Assembly: GCA_036502245.1 (NCBI GenBank) | Contig: DASXYX010000026.1 | Span: 136,575 to 200,574 of the forward strand | Source: Verrucomicrobiia bacterium | GTDB lineage: Bacteria > Verrucomicrobiota > Verrucomicrobiia > Limisphaerales > UBA11358 | Direction: 5' to 3' | DNA: 64,000 bases | Part shown: positions 32,327 to 41,083 of the stretch, piece after piece | Numbering within the stretch: the stretch's first letter is position 1 | Layout: each line of letters starts with the position of its first letter | Program-made: the position numbers and the translations under genes | The notes under the pieces: model-generated | What the model was told of the DNA's origin: nothing | What the model saw: only the letters and a program-made list of their open reading frames with translations | The model's database searches: none

Positions 32327-32617
32327 ATGAATTATAATAAAAAGCGAATTGGCTTATTGTATCTTCGAAATGCTCCTCTTTTTAGCAGGAAGAAATTTCT
32401 ATTTATCATGGCTTGTTTTTGGATTTATACTATAGTATGGATTTTTGCATTGATCTATGTGTCTATTTTATGGGGCGTAAGTTGGCAAAAAAGGATCATA
32501 CCATTTTTATTACTCGTCATGGGCACACCGGCAATTGAAGATTTATTAATTAGTTACAACGGTTACAAAAAGATGTGGGAAGACCATAATAAGGCTTTGA
32601 ATAAAGATTTACTCTAA
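32327..32617 (+). CDS. Hypothetical small membrane protein in an AT-rich gap
   Basis: Two hydrophobic stretches (FIMACFWIYTIVWIFALIYVSILWGV; IIPFLLLVMGTPAI). I recognise no homology, and the region is very AT-rich. Confidence 0.3.
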   Translation: MNYNKKRIGLLYLRNAPLFSRKKFLFIMACFWIYTIVWIFALIYVSILWGVSWQKRIIPFLLLVMGTPAIEDLLISYNGYKKMWEDHNKALNKDLL

Positions 32618-32940
32618 TGTAAGTGTTACACATAGTGCCTTCCTGACAAGGCCAGTATAGCGGGTCGTACGAGCGATGCTTATTCATAGTATGGCTTATA
32701 TGAGATGATAGGCCCTTGAGCTTGCAGCGATGCTTTATTCCACGCCTTGGGAGTGACTTCGGGGATTGCCAGTTAGTCAGATTGAGCGAATATGAATATC
32801 TGCACCATTCAAAGGCATCTGAAAATCAAGTGTTTATGGAATTTTCCGAATGCGCATGTTGGTTTTCATCCTCACAGGAACAAGGGGTAGGGTGAGGGAG
32901 AGCTATTAAATTCTATATCCATTTAAAACAAAAATTCCTG

Positions 32941-32989
32941 TTGACAGAAAATTTTTTTGCGCTAACATTTAACCATATGGTTAAATGTT
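32941..32989 (+). promoter_or_regulatory. Candidate arsR promoter (TTGACA-N16-TAACAT) and a perfect 26-bp palindromic operator centred on the arsR ATG
   Basis: 32964..32989 is AACATTTAACCAT|ATGGTTAAATGTT; I checked the reverse complement and it is perfect 13+13. The ATG at 32977 is at the dyad. TTGACA is at 32941..32946. Confidence 0.6.
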
Positions 32990-33333
32990 CATCGCGATTG
33001 CTGGACCGGACGTTTGGGGCGCTGGCGGACCCGACGCGTCGGCGCATCCTGGAGCATCTCACCCATGGCGACCGCTGTGTCACCGACCTGGCGCGGCCGT
33101 ACTCGATGTCGTTGCCGGCGATCTCGAAGCATTTGCGCGTGTTGGAACGTGCCGGCCTGGTGCGTCGCCGTCGTGATGGCCGGGTGCATCGTTTGAAATT
33201 GGACGCCAGCCCGATGAAGGATGCGCAGCAATGGATCGAAGAATATCGTCGGTTCTGGGAAGAGCGCCTAGACCGATTGGACCAATATTTACAAAAACTG
33301 CAAAAGGAGAACAAAAATGAGCACAACAGATAA
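32977..33333 (+). CDS. ArsR/SmtB-family transcriptional regulator
   Basis: LADPTRRRILEHLTHGDRCVTDLARPYSMSLPAISKHLRVLERAGLVRRRRDGRVHRLKL. Confidence 0.92.
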   Translation: MVKCSSRLLDRTFGALADPTRRRILEHLTHGDRCVTDLARPYSMSLPAISKHLRVLERAGLVRRRRDGRVHRLKLDASPMKDAQQWIEEYRRFWEERLDRLDQYLQKLQKENKNEHNR

Positions 33334-33784
33334 GACCTCAACATCGGAACTGAAATTGACCGTCTCACGGGTATTGAATGCGCCCTGCGCGATGGTGTAT
33401 CGCGCCTGGGCCGAACCTAAACAATTGTCGCAATGGTTCAGCCCGCAGGAGGTTGAATGCAAGGGGCTCACCGCCGAGGTAAAACCGGGCGGAGCCTTCC
33501 GCATCCACATGCTTTCGCCGACGAAGGGCGAGCACATCGCCGTTGGCAAATACACGGAAGTGGTCCCGAACAAGCGGCTGCGGTTCACGTGGTCGTGGGA
33601 GCATTACGCCATGCCGGAGAGCGTGGTGACGGTGGATTTTGAGGATTTGGGCAAGACGACGCGCGTCACATTGACGCACACAGGCCTGCCGGACCAGGAA
33701 GATGTGGACCAGCACACGCACGGCTGGACGTCGCTGGTGGAAAAATTTGTGAAATTGATGGAGCAAAACAAGATCAAGGCCTAA
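33317..33784 (+). CDS. SRPBCC (AHSA1/START-like) domain protein
   Basis: VSRVLNAPCAMVYRAWAEPKQLSQWF. Overlaps the arsR end by 17 nt, with AAGGAG upstream. Confidence 0.85.
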   Translation: MSTTDKTSTSELKLTVSRVLNAPCAMVYRAWAEPKQLSQWFSPQEVECKGLTAEVKPGGAFRIHMLSPTKGEHIAVGKYTEVVPNKRLRFTWSWEHYAMPESVVTVDFEDLGKTTRVTLTHTGLPDQEDVDQHTHGWTSLVEKFVKLMEQNKIKA

Positions 33785-33788
33785 CGCT

Positions 33789-35150
33789 ATGACGACCAAA
33801 ACCAAAGATTACCTGGGACATGAATTTGTCATCACGCGCGAATTTGACGCACCGCGCGAACTGGTGTTCAAGGCGTGGACGGATCCGAAACAACTGGCCG
33901 AGTGGTGGGGGCCGAAGGGCTTCACCAATCCCGTTTGCGAATGGGACGTGCGTCCCGGCGGCAAGATCTATGACGTGATGCGCGCGCCGAACGGCGATGA
34001 TTATCCGATGGGCGGTGTGTTCCGCGAGATCAAACCGCCCGAACGCCTGGTGATCTCCTGTGGCGCCCTCGATAAAAAAGGCAAGCTGCTGTTCGAGTTC
34101 GTGCATGACGCGACGTTTACGGAGAAAAAGGGCAAAACGAAATTGACGTTGCGCTCGAAGGTGACGATGACCACGCCGGACGCGAACCGGTATATCGGCG
34201 GGTTCACCAAGGGCATGACCTCGAGCCTGGAACGGCTGGCGGGAATGATGAAGACGAAACCGTTCGTGATCGAGCGTATCCTGGACGCGCCGACGAATCT
34301 GGTCTGGCGCGCGTTGACCTCGCCGGAGGACATGAAGCGCTGGTATTTCGACATGCAACAGTTCAAGCCGGAGGTGGGCTGCGATTTCCGGTTTGTGGTG
34401 GTGCACGATGGAAAAACGCACGACCACCGCTGCCACATCACAGACGTGGTGCCGCAGAAAAAGATCGCCTACACGTGGCGGTTTGAGGGGCGCGAAGGGC
34501 TTTCACTGGTGACATTCGAGTTGTCGGGCCGGGGCCGCAAGACGCGGCTGCGGTTGACGCACGCAGGGTTGGAGTCATTCGGAGCATCGCCGATGCTGGC
34601 GCGGAAAAATTTTGTGAAGGGCTGGACGCGGATCATCGGCTTTTGGCTCAAGGATTTTGTGGAGAACCTGGATCGCGAGATTTATATCGTGCGCGAAGTC
34701 AATGCGCCGCGTGAGCTGGTGTGGGAGGCGATGACCAATCCGAAGCACGTGGTGAACTGGTGGGGGCCGCGCGGATTCACAACCACCGTCGAGAAAATGG
34801 ATGTGCGTCCGGGTGGCGTGTGGAAACACGTGATGCAGGGACCGGACGGAACAAAGTACCCCAACCAAAGCGTCTTCAAGAAGGTGGAAAAGCCCGATTG
34901 TCTGGTGTTCTCGCACGGCGGGCATCGGGAAGGAGGGCCTGGAATAAGTTTCCTCGCGACTTGGTCGTTCGATGCATTGGGGCCGGACAAAACACGGGTC
35001 TCCATCCATATGGTGTTCCCGTCCACCGCCAAACGCGATTTTGTCGTGAAAGAATTCGGAGCGGTCGAAGGCGGCAAACAGACGCTGGCGCGGCTGGAAG
35101 AGTTTTTGCAGAAGATGCGTACAAAGAAAAAGTCACGCGCCGCCGCTTGA
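33789..35150 (+). CDS. Triple SRPBCC (AHSA1-like) domain fusion protein
   Basis: Three domain starts: ITREFDAPRELVFKAWTDPKQLAEWWGPKGF; IERILDAPTNLVWRALTSPEDMKRWYF; IVREVNAPRELVWEAMTNPKHVVNWWGPRGF. Confidence 0.85.
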   Translation: MTTKTKDYLGHEFVITREFDAPRELVFKAWTDPKQLAEWWGPKGFTNPVCEWDVRPGGKIYDVMRAPNGDDYPMGGVFREIKPPERLVISCGALDKKGKLLFEFVHDATFTEKKGKTKLTLRSKVTMTTPDANRYIGGFTKGMTSSLERLAGMMKTKPFVIERILDAPTNLVWRALTSPEDMKRWYFDMQQFKPEVGCDFRFVVVHDGKTHDHRCHITDVVPQKKIAYTWRFEGREGLSLVTFELSGRGRKTRLRLTHAGLESFGASPMLARKNFVKGWTRIIGFWLKDFVENLDREIYIVREVNAPRELVWEAMTNPKHVVNWWGPRGFTTTVEKMDVRPGGVWKHVMQGPDGTKYPNQSVFKKVEKPDCLVFSHGGHREGGPGISFLATWSFDALGPDKTRVSIHMVFPSTAKRDFVVKEFGAVEGGKQTLARLEEFLQKMRTKKKSRAAA

Positions 35151-35201
35151 CACCATGGCCGCACGGGTAAACTATCAACCAACACATAAGGAGAGAAAAT
35201 T

Positions 35202-35588
35202 ATGAGCAAATCGAAAAAAACGCCGGGCAGCCTGGTCTGGTTTGAGATCCCCGCAAAAGACACCGCGCGAGCGACGAAATTCTACGGCAAGCTGTTCGGC
35301 TGGAAGATCAATCCCCTGCCCCACATGCCGGAATATTTTTACCTGGATACGGGAGGCAAGGACGGCACGCCGGACGGCGCGGTGATGAAACGCATGTGCC
35401 CGGAACAACCGGTGACGATCTATATCAGCGTGGCATCGGTGACCGCGGCGGCGACGAAGATCAAGAAACTTGGCGGCGCGGTCTGCAAACCAAAAACAAC
35501 CGTGCCCGGCATGGGCTATTTTGCCATCTGCCAGGACCCGGAAAAGAATGTGTTCGCGATCTGGGAAATGAATCCCAAGGCGAAATAG
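35202..35588 (+). CDS. VOC/glyoxalase-family protein
   Basis: VWFEIPAKDTARATKFYGKLFGWKI..GYFAICQDPEKNVFAIWE. Confidence 0.8.
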   Translation: MSKSKKTPGSLVWFEIPAKDTARATKFYGKLFGWKINPLPHMPEYFYLDTGGKDGTPDGAVMKRMCPEQPVTIYISVASVTAAATKIKKLGGAVCKPKTTVPGMGYFAICQDPEKNVFAIWEMNPKAK

Positions 35589-35610
35589 TTTTAAACCAAA
35601 AAGAGAAATT

Positions 35611-36036
35611 ATGTACGACACCGCTATCATCCAACCCTACCTGTTCTTCGACGGCAAATGCGAGGAAGCCATCGAGTTTTACCAACGCGCGCTGGGCGCC
35701 AAAGTGCTCATGCTGATGCGTTACAAAGACGCTCCGCCGGAAGCGCAGCAGAATATGCCGCCGGGCAACAAGGACAAAGTGATGCACGCGAACTTGCGGA
35801 TCGGCGCGGCCACGGTGCTGGTTTCGGACGGGCACTGCAAGGGCAACCCGAAGTTCGAAGGCTTCGGAGTCTCATTGACTTTGAAAACGCCGGCAGAAGT
35901 GGATAAGGCTTTCCAGGCATTGTCCGAAGGCGGCCAGGCAGCAATGCCGGTGGGAGAGACGTTTTTCTCCAAACGCTTCGGAATGGTGACCGATAAATTC
36001 GGCGTCATGTGGATGGTGCTCGTGCAGCCGCATTAA
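35611..36036 (+). CDS. PhnB/YjdN-like VOC-family protein
   Basis: PYLFFDGKCEEAIEFYQRALGAKV..MHANLRIG..FGMVTDKFGVMWMV. Confidence 0.8.
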   Translation: MYDTAIIQPYLFFDGKCEEAIEFYQRALGAKVLMLMRYKDAPPEAQQNMPPGNKDKVMHANLRIGAATVLVSDGHCKGNPKFEGFGVSLTLKTPAEVDKAFQALSEGGQAAMPVGETFFSKRFGMVTDKFGVMWMVLVQPH

Positions 36037-36045
36037 AGGAACTTT

Positions 36046-36435
36046 ATGGCCAAACTAACTCTCATCGCGAGGCTGCTCCTGGGACTGACCTTTTTCGTCT
36101 TCGGTCTCAACGGTTTCCTGCATTTCATTCCGCAACCCAAGGATATGCCGGCGGGCGCCGCTGATTTCTTCGGCGCATTGATGAAGACCGGCTATATGAT
36201 CCAGCTCATTTTTGCGACGCAGGTTTTGGGCGGAGCGTTATTGTTGCTGAATTGTTTCGTGCCGCTGGCGCTGGCCCTGCTCGCACCGGTCATCGTCAAC
36301 ATCATCCTGCTCCATATCTTCCTCGCGCCATCGGGCATTCCGGTGGCATGCGTGGTGGTAGCGTTGGAATTATACCTGGCGTGGTCGTACCGGAAATGCT
36401 TTGCGCCGATGCTGGTGTGCCGGGCCAAACCTTGA
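36046..36435 (+). CDS. DoxX-like four-TM membrane protein
   Basis: Four hydrophobic helices (LIARLLLGLTFFVFGLNGFLHF..). This is the last gene of the same-strand cluster. Confidence 0.6.
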   Translation: MAKLTLIARLLLGLTFFVFGLNGFLHFIPQPKDMPAGAADFFGALMKTGYMIQLIFATQVLGGALLLLNCFVPLALALLAPVIVNIILLHIFLAPSGIPVACVVVALELYLAWSYRKCFAPMLVCRAKP

Positions 36436-36438
36436 AAT

Positions 36439-37008
36439 TTACTTTTTCAACTTCAAGGCGAACTGCGCCACGCGTTTGCCGAGAAGTTCGCCGGTTTTTT
36501 TATCGTTCTCATTAGGGGACTCTTCCGGGGCTTTCTCACCCTGGGCCATCGCGCCACTGAAGCTGCCCAGGCGGTTGATGCCATTGGGCTGCATCGGCAT
36601 CTCGCCCAGCCCGATCCAAACCATGCCGTGTTGCATGGCCAGTGTAAAAAAGTATTGCAGCGTGTTAAACTTGTCGCCGCTTGGACTGCCCGAAACACTG
36701 AAACCGGAAGCGATCTTGTCGCGCCAGGCCGAGGCAAACCATTTGCCGGCGGTCGCATCGGCGAAAGTCTTGAACTGTCCCGCCGGACCGCCCATATAGG
36801 TGGCGCTGCCGAAAATGATCGCATCGCTCGCGTCCAGTTGCGCAAAGACCTCGTCGTTTTTATAACGGCCGTTCGTGATGTCCTCTCCCCGGATAGCAAT
36901 GAGATTGGTTTTGACGCCGTCCACGGAGGCCGCGCCTTTGTGGACCGCCTCGGCAAGTTTCGTGGTGTGGCCGGAGCCGGAGAAATAGATGACAGAGATA
37001 GTAGGCAT
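36439..37008 (-). CDS. WrbA-like flavodoxin-fold NAD(P)H:quinone oxidoreductase
   Basis: ISVIYFSGSGHTTKLAEAVHKGA..AIIFGSATYMGG. Confidence 0.8.
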   Translation of the reverse strand: MPTISVIYFSGSGHTTKLAEAVHKGAASVDGVKTNLIAIRGEDITNGRYKNDEVFAQLDASDAIIFGSATYMGGPAGQFKTFADATAGKWFASAWRDKIASGFSVSGSPSGDKFNTLQYFFTLAMQHGMVWIGLGEMPMQPNGINRLGSFSGAMAQGEKAPEESPNENDKKTGELLGKRVAQFALKLKK

Positions 37009-37031
37009 AGTTTTGGTGGATTGTTATTTGA

Positions 37032-37616
37032 TCAGGAAATTTTTTGGTCTTTCTCTTTTTTTGCGGTGATGGCGTCGGTGAACCAGAGTAATTCATCGAA
37101 GAACCCGGCGGCGCGTTTTTCGTATGAGGCATCCGCGGGCGTGCCATCGTCCTTGAAACTATCGTTCACGCGGGAGACGGTGAAATTCTCCGGGATGGGC
37201 ACCGCGCCCATGCCGATGGCGACCAACCGCAATTGCGCCAGGCAGGTGATGCCTCCATGGCCGCCGGCGGAAACCGTTACGATGCCCACGGGTTTGCGCT
37301 CATATTCGGGCAGCAGATAATCGAGCGCATTTTTCAAAACGCCGGGATAGCCGTTATTGTATTCCGGCGAGACGATGATGAACGAATCCGCGCAGCCAAT
37401 CTTTTCGCCAAATTCTTTCAAACCCGGCGGCGGATCGTCGCGGCGATGCAACCGCTCTTCCATGATGGGGAAATTATATTCGAGCAGGTCGAGCAATTCG
37501 GTCTCGACGCCGGCGCGCTCTTGCAATTTTTTCAGGACGAACCGCGCCACCTTGATGCTCTGCCGGTCGCGCCGCGTGCTGCCGACGATGATTGGGATAT
37601 AAAACGTCCTTGCCAT
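37032..37616 (-). CDS. NADPH-dependent FMN reductase
   Basis: IPIIVGSTRRDRQS..FIIVSPEYNNGYPGVLKNALDYL. I prefer the ATG at 37616 (194 aa). The listed TTG at 37850 would add 78 non-conserved residues running across the repeat elements. Confidence 0.85.
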   Translation of the reverse strand: MARTFYIPIIVGSTRRDRQSIKVARFVLKKLQERAGVETELLDLLEYNFPIMEERLHRRDDPPPGLKEFGEKIGCADSFIIVSPEYNNGYPGVLKNALDYLLPEYERKPVGIVTVSAGGHGGITCLAQLRLVAIGMGAVPIPENFTVSRVNDSFKDDGTPADASYEKRAAGFFDELLWFTDAITAKKEKDQKIS

Positions 37617-37784
37617 AGCTAAACATTGCACGCGCAAGCCATTCGCGCGAGAAAATGATACATACTTTTTAAGAATAATTCTTCTCACCCCCGTAAGGGC
37701 TTTGTCTGGTTCACTGATTAAAATATAAGATTCTGAGTCAGTCGGAGAGCATTTCCTAAAATAGAGAAGCGTTCTCGCGCTGTT

Positions 37785-37898
37785 CCTTCTCCTGGAGGAG
37801 AAGGTCAGGATGAGGTCGGGCTTTAAAAATGTTATTACTTTCAAATCCAAATTAGTTTTTTAGTTCGCCCTCACCCAACCCTCTCCCCCAGGAGAGGG
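37785..37898. repeat. GGAG-hairpin intergenic repeats (family W), copies 2 and 3
   Basis: CCTTCTCC-tgga-GGAGAAGG (37785..37804) and CCCTCTCC-ccca-GGAGAGGG (37879..37898). The latter is preceded by CTCACCCAA. Confidence 0.75.
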
Positions 37899-38037
37899 CT
37901 TTTACCAAGTCTGCCTTTTGGGCATTAACATGACTGGATTCACGAACGGCTTTTTCGTGAAACAAGAAATCTTCAATACTTGTCTTTTCTCATATTGGAG
38001 AAGGTCGGGCTAAATCTTTCACCATCGACGGTTGATT

Positions 38038-38538
38038 TCATTTCAATTCATTGAGCAACGATTCCAGGTCCAGCGGTTGCGTGGTCATAGCCACCTGGCC
38101 GTCAGCACTGCGCGGCCATTGTTCCGGCGGACGGTCGCAATAAAGTTCCACGCCATTGCCATCGGGATCGCGCAGATAGATGGCCTCGCTGACGCCATGA
38201 TCGGATGCGCCTTCTAGCTGGATGCCTGCGGCGACAAGGCGGCGCAAGGCGTCCGCCAGCGCTACGCGTGTGGGATAGAGGATGGCAACATGATAGAGGC
38301 CCGTGGTACCGGGCGGCGGCGGTGAACCGCCCGCGCTCTCCCAGGTGTTCAGGCCGATGTGATGATGGTAACCGCCCGCCGAAAGAAACACCGCCTGCCG
38401 CCCGTAACGTTGCGTGACCTCAAAGCCCAGGACATCGCGATAAAATTTCAGCGCGCGTTCGAGGTCGGCCACCTTCAGGTGAACGTGGCCGATGCGGGTC
38501 CCTGCATCCACAGGTTTTGAAAACGGGTCGGTGTTCAT
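38038..38538 (-). CDS. VOC-family (glyoxalase/extradiol dioxygenase-like) protein
   Basis: [52 protein letters not shown]. Confidence 0.85.
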   Translation of the reverse strand: MNTDPFSKPVDAGTRIGHVHLKVADLERALKFYRDVLGFEVTQRYGRQAVFLSAGGYHHHIGLNTWESAGGSPPPPGTTGLYHVAILYPTRVALADALRRLVAAGIQLEGASDHGVSEAIYLRDPDGNGVELYCDRPPEQWPRSADGQVAMTTQPLDLESLLNELK

Positions 38539-38595
38539 AGTTGTCTAATAATTTATCGGTTAAGAAAAGTTAGATGCATTGACAGGCGCGATAGC

Positions 38596-38673
38596 GTCTT
38601 GGACTGCGGCAGCCCTCTGCCGCTTTCGAATGCCTTTTGTTTTCCAAAAGCGCCAGAGGACTGGCGCACTCCA
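38596..38673. repeat. Intergenic repeat modules Y (38596..38628) and X (38649..38673), copy 2, in the opposite order to copy 1
   Basis: GTCTTGGACTGCGG-CAG-ccct-CTG-CCGCTTTCG, then AGCGCCAGAGGACTGGCGCACTCCA. Confidence 0.85.
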
Positions 38674-38794
38674 AAACCTCGCGGAAATTCGGCAGCAGTT
38701 AATGAAACGGAATCAAAGGTAACTGTTCGAATTAGCATATTGTTGATCAATAATTGAGGCGGCGGCGGCCGATTGGCCGCCGCCGAGTTAATTA

Positions 38795-39490
38795 TTAGTT
38801 CAGGTCGAATAACAACACCTGCGACGGTTTGTTGGCCGACAGTTCCAACTTCGTTTCTTCACTCACCGCCGCGGCATCGCCGGTGACCAATGTCTTGCCG
38901 TTCAAGACCACTTCGCCTTCGGCCACGTGCACCCAGGCATTGCGGCCGGCGGCCAGCGCATGACTGGTCTTCTGGCCGGGTTCCAGTTTCGCGAGCCACA
39001 GGTCCACGTCCTGCCGGATGGCAATGGAGCCGTCGCGTCCGGTCTTGCTGGTCATAAGATGCAGTTGGCCGGTCGCCGCGTCGCTCAACGCCTTTTCGGC
39101 ATAGCGCGGCTTCTGGCCCTTGGCATCCGGCTGGATCCAGATCTGCAACAGGCGCACGGCTTCATCCTTTGACGGATTGAATTCGCTGTGCGTCACGCCG
39201 CTGCCGGCGGACATGTACTGGAGGTTGCCGGGACGGATCACGCTGCCGTTGCCCATGGAATCCTTGTGCTCCAGCGCGCCGCGTAACACGTAGGTGATGA
39301 TCTCCATGTCGCGATGCGGATGCGGGGCAAAGCCGCCGCCGGGCATCACCAGGTCGTCGTTGATCACGCGCAAGCTGCGGAACCCCATCCATTGCGGATC
39401 ATAATAGTCCGCGAAGCTGAAGGTGTGATATGTGTCCAGCCAGCCGTGTTCGGCGTGGCCCCGTTCATTTGCTTTTCGAATTGTCATCAT
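38795..39490 (-). CDS. Pirin-family protein
   Basis: RGHAEHGWLDTYHTFSFADYYDP..GFAPHPHRDMEIITYVL.G.LEHKDS.G. I prefer the Met at 39490; the listed 39673 start adds 61 residues with no pirin similarity. Confidence 0.9.
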   Translation of the reverse strand: MMTIRKANERGHAEHGWLDTYHTFSFADYYDPQWMGFRSLRVINDDLVMPGGGFAPHPHRDMEIITYVLRGALEHKDSMGNGSVIRPGNLQYMSAGSGVTHSEFNPSKDEAVRLLQIWIQPDAKGQKPRYAEKALSDAATGQLHLMTSKTGRDGSIAIRQDVDLWLAKLEPGQKTSHALAAGRNAWVHVAEGEVVLNGKTLVTGDAAAVSEETKLELSANKPSQVLLFDLN

Positions 39491-40138
39491 GGGAAGACAA
39501 TAGCGCGGGCCAACCAAACTGTGAAATATCATGTTTTTTGGGTGAGCATAACTAAAAGGCATAAGGCGTTCGGGCTTGCTGTTTTCTCCATCCTGAGTCA
39601 GCTTTAGTTCATTAGGCCACTCAACCCTATGAGTAAAGTCAATGTCTTGAAGTTGGTTTATCTTTGGCGGCATTTATCTCATGCACTGGATGTGGCGCGC
39701 CGTTTTACCCCTCGCAGCCCTTTCCAGACCATACGAATGCAGTATGTATAGCACTCTATCAGCCCCCACCCATGCTGTCCGTTACGAACATTCAATGCCC
39801 CGATAAGCTCATCACAGATGATTTCCGAAGTTATATTCAGTCTAATCAGTTAATGAATTCGATTATTTTCATATATTTCTACGACGATAAGACAGGTTGG
39901 CGTGCGATACAGATAACGCAGTTAGGACAGCCCAAAAAAACTTACATCGAGCACCTTCTCGAATACGACAAAGATGGGACAAGAACGAGGCTGAGAAAGG
40001 TTAAATAGATGGATCATGCTTGGTAAATAAAGACGGCCGAATACCTCACCGTGGCCATGTTAAATTCGGCAATCACCCCACTACATTTCAGACTTGCCGT
40101 TTATTCGGTCGCAGTCTTAGCTTTTCTCATCAAATAGC

Positions 40139-40489
40139 ATGTTCGCATTCTCAATCACTTTTAAGGTGCTGGCGTGGTATCTCATAATACGGGCTGGCGA
40201 TAGTGCTCCCCGTTCACGGCCCTGGGTTTTAGGCGCGCTCATGGCCTTCATCTTTGGTGGATTTGATGTTTGCACCAGCGGTCGAACTCCTTTGAATGAT
40301 GCCATCCTTGCTGCTGCTTATCTGGTTTCGGCCCTATTATTGATGAACTTTTATTACCGGATCCATAACCTGCCCCTCTCGCTACTGGTTGGCGGCGCAA
40401 GTCTGTTCATTTTGCTTCTTGTTGTCCCATATTTTGCCGATGTGATTTATGATGCCAGCCAACATTCCGAAACCTATATCCACCCCTAG
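40139..40489 (+). CDS. Hypothetical small membrane protein in an AT-rich patch
   Basis: Three to four hydrophobic helices. No recognisable family. Confidence 0.3.
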   Translation: MFAFSITFKVLAWYLIIRAGDSAPRSRPWVLGALMAFIFGGFDVCTSGRTPLNDAILAAAYLVSALLLMNFYYRIHNLPLSLLVGGASLFILLLVVPYFADVIYDASQHSETYIHP

Positions 40490-41083
40490 AGTGTGATAAG
40501 AGTTCGAGGACGCCGCGTGGGGGCACACGGCCTACATTTGTGATTGCGCATTCGTCTTGTAGGCCGGTTGCCCTCAACCGGCGAAATCCGGCTCCCTCAC
40601 CCTTTATTTTTTTGTTTCCGGGAAACATTACACTCCATTCTTTTCCTGCTTAAATCGTAGGTGAATGGAAAAGATAATTGATATTGCACGGGCCAAGTTG
40701 GAGGCCAACCGCCAAAAAGCGGATGAAAGTTGCTTCCATAGTAGCCGAGGGCAACGCCCTCGGGGAAAGTCCATGGAATTGTCATCGCCCTGTCAGGGCA
40801 TTCCATTAAAACCCAAAAATGAGAAAACGAAGCCAAATTATTTCAGACCATTTTTGATCGCAAATGACTCATCAATAACCACTAACCAAACTCATGCTCT
40901 CAAAGTGTCCTTGCAAAAACGAAGCCAAATCAGGCCGGAAAGGAAGAAGTCAGAATGCAGAATGAAGAAAAAAGCCAGTTTTTGACAATAATTAGCGTTT
41001 ATTCGTGTAATTCGCGTAAAACTCTGCGCCTTTGTGCCTTTGCGTTGGTTTTATTTCGCTCAAACGCTATTCTCATTCGCGGG

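Noticed and set aside
32174-32940. An AT-rich 770-bp gap as a mobile element or prophage remnant.
   Set aside because: There are no integrase, transposase or terminal inverted or direct repeats, and no tRNA target. Only one weak membrane ORF (32327..32617) and a partial W-like motif are present. Composition alone is insufficient evidence.
37939-37961. The inverted repeat TTCACGAA-N7-TTCGTGAA, considered as a Rex operator because rex is encoded in the window.
   Set aside because: The established Rex box is TTGTGAA-N6-TTCACAA. Here the half-sites are in the opposite arrangement and differ in sequence and spacing, and the site lies in a repeat-rich spacer. It is no better than chance.
40665-40985. 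A 106-aa ORF in the AT-rich patch, together with 15107..15304, 15220..15459, 50904..51095, 21725..22057 and 38553..38750.
   Set aside because: These ORFs are assembled from the intergenic repeat and hairpin families (X/Y, Z, W and related palindromes). Translations such as ..LRSFAAKIRVHLCSFVVKN.. simply mirror repeat DNA.
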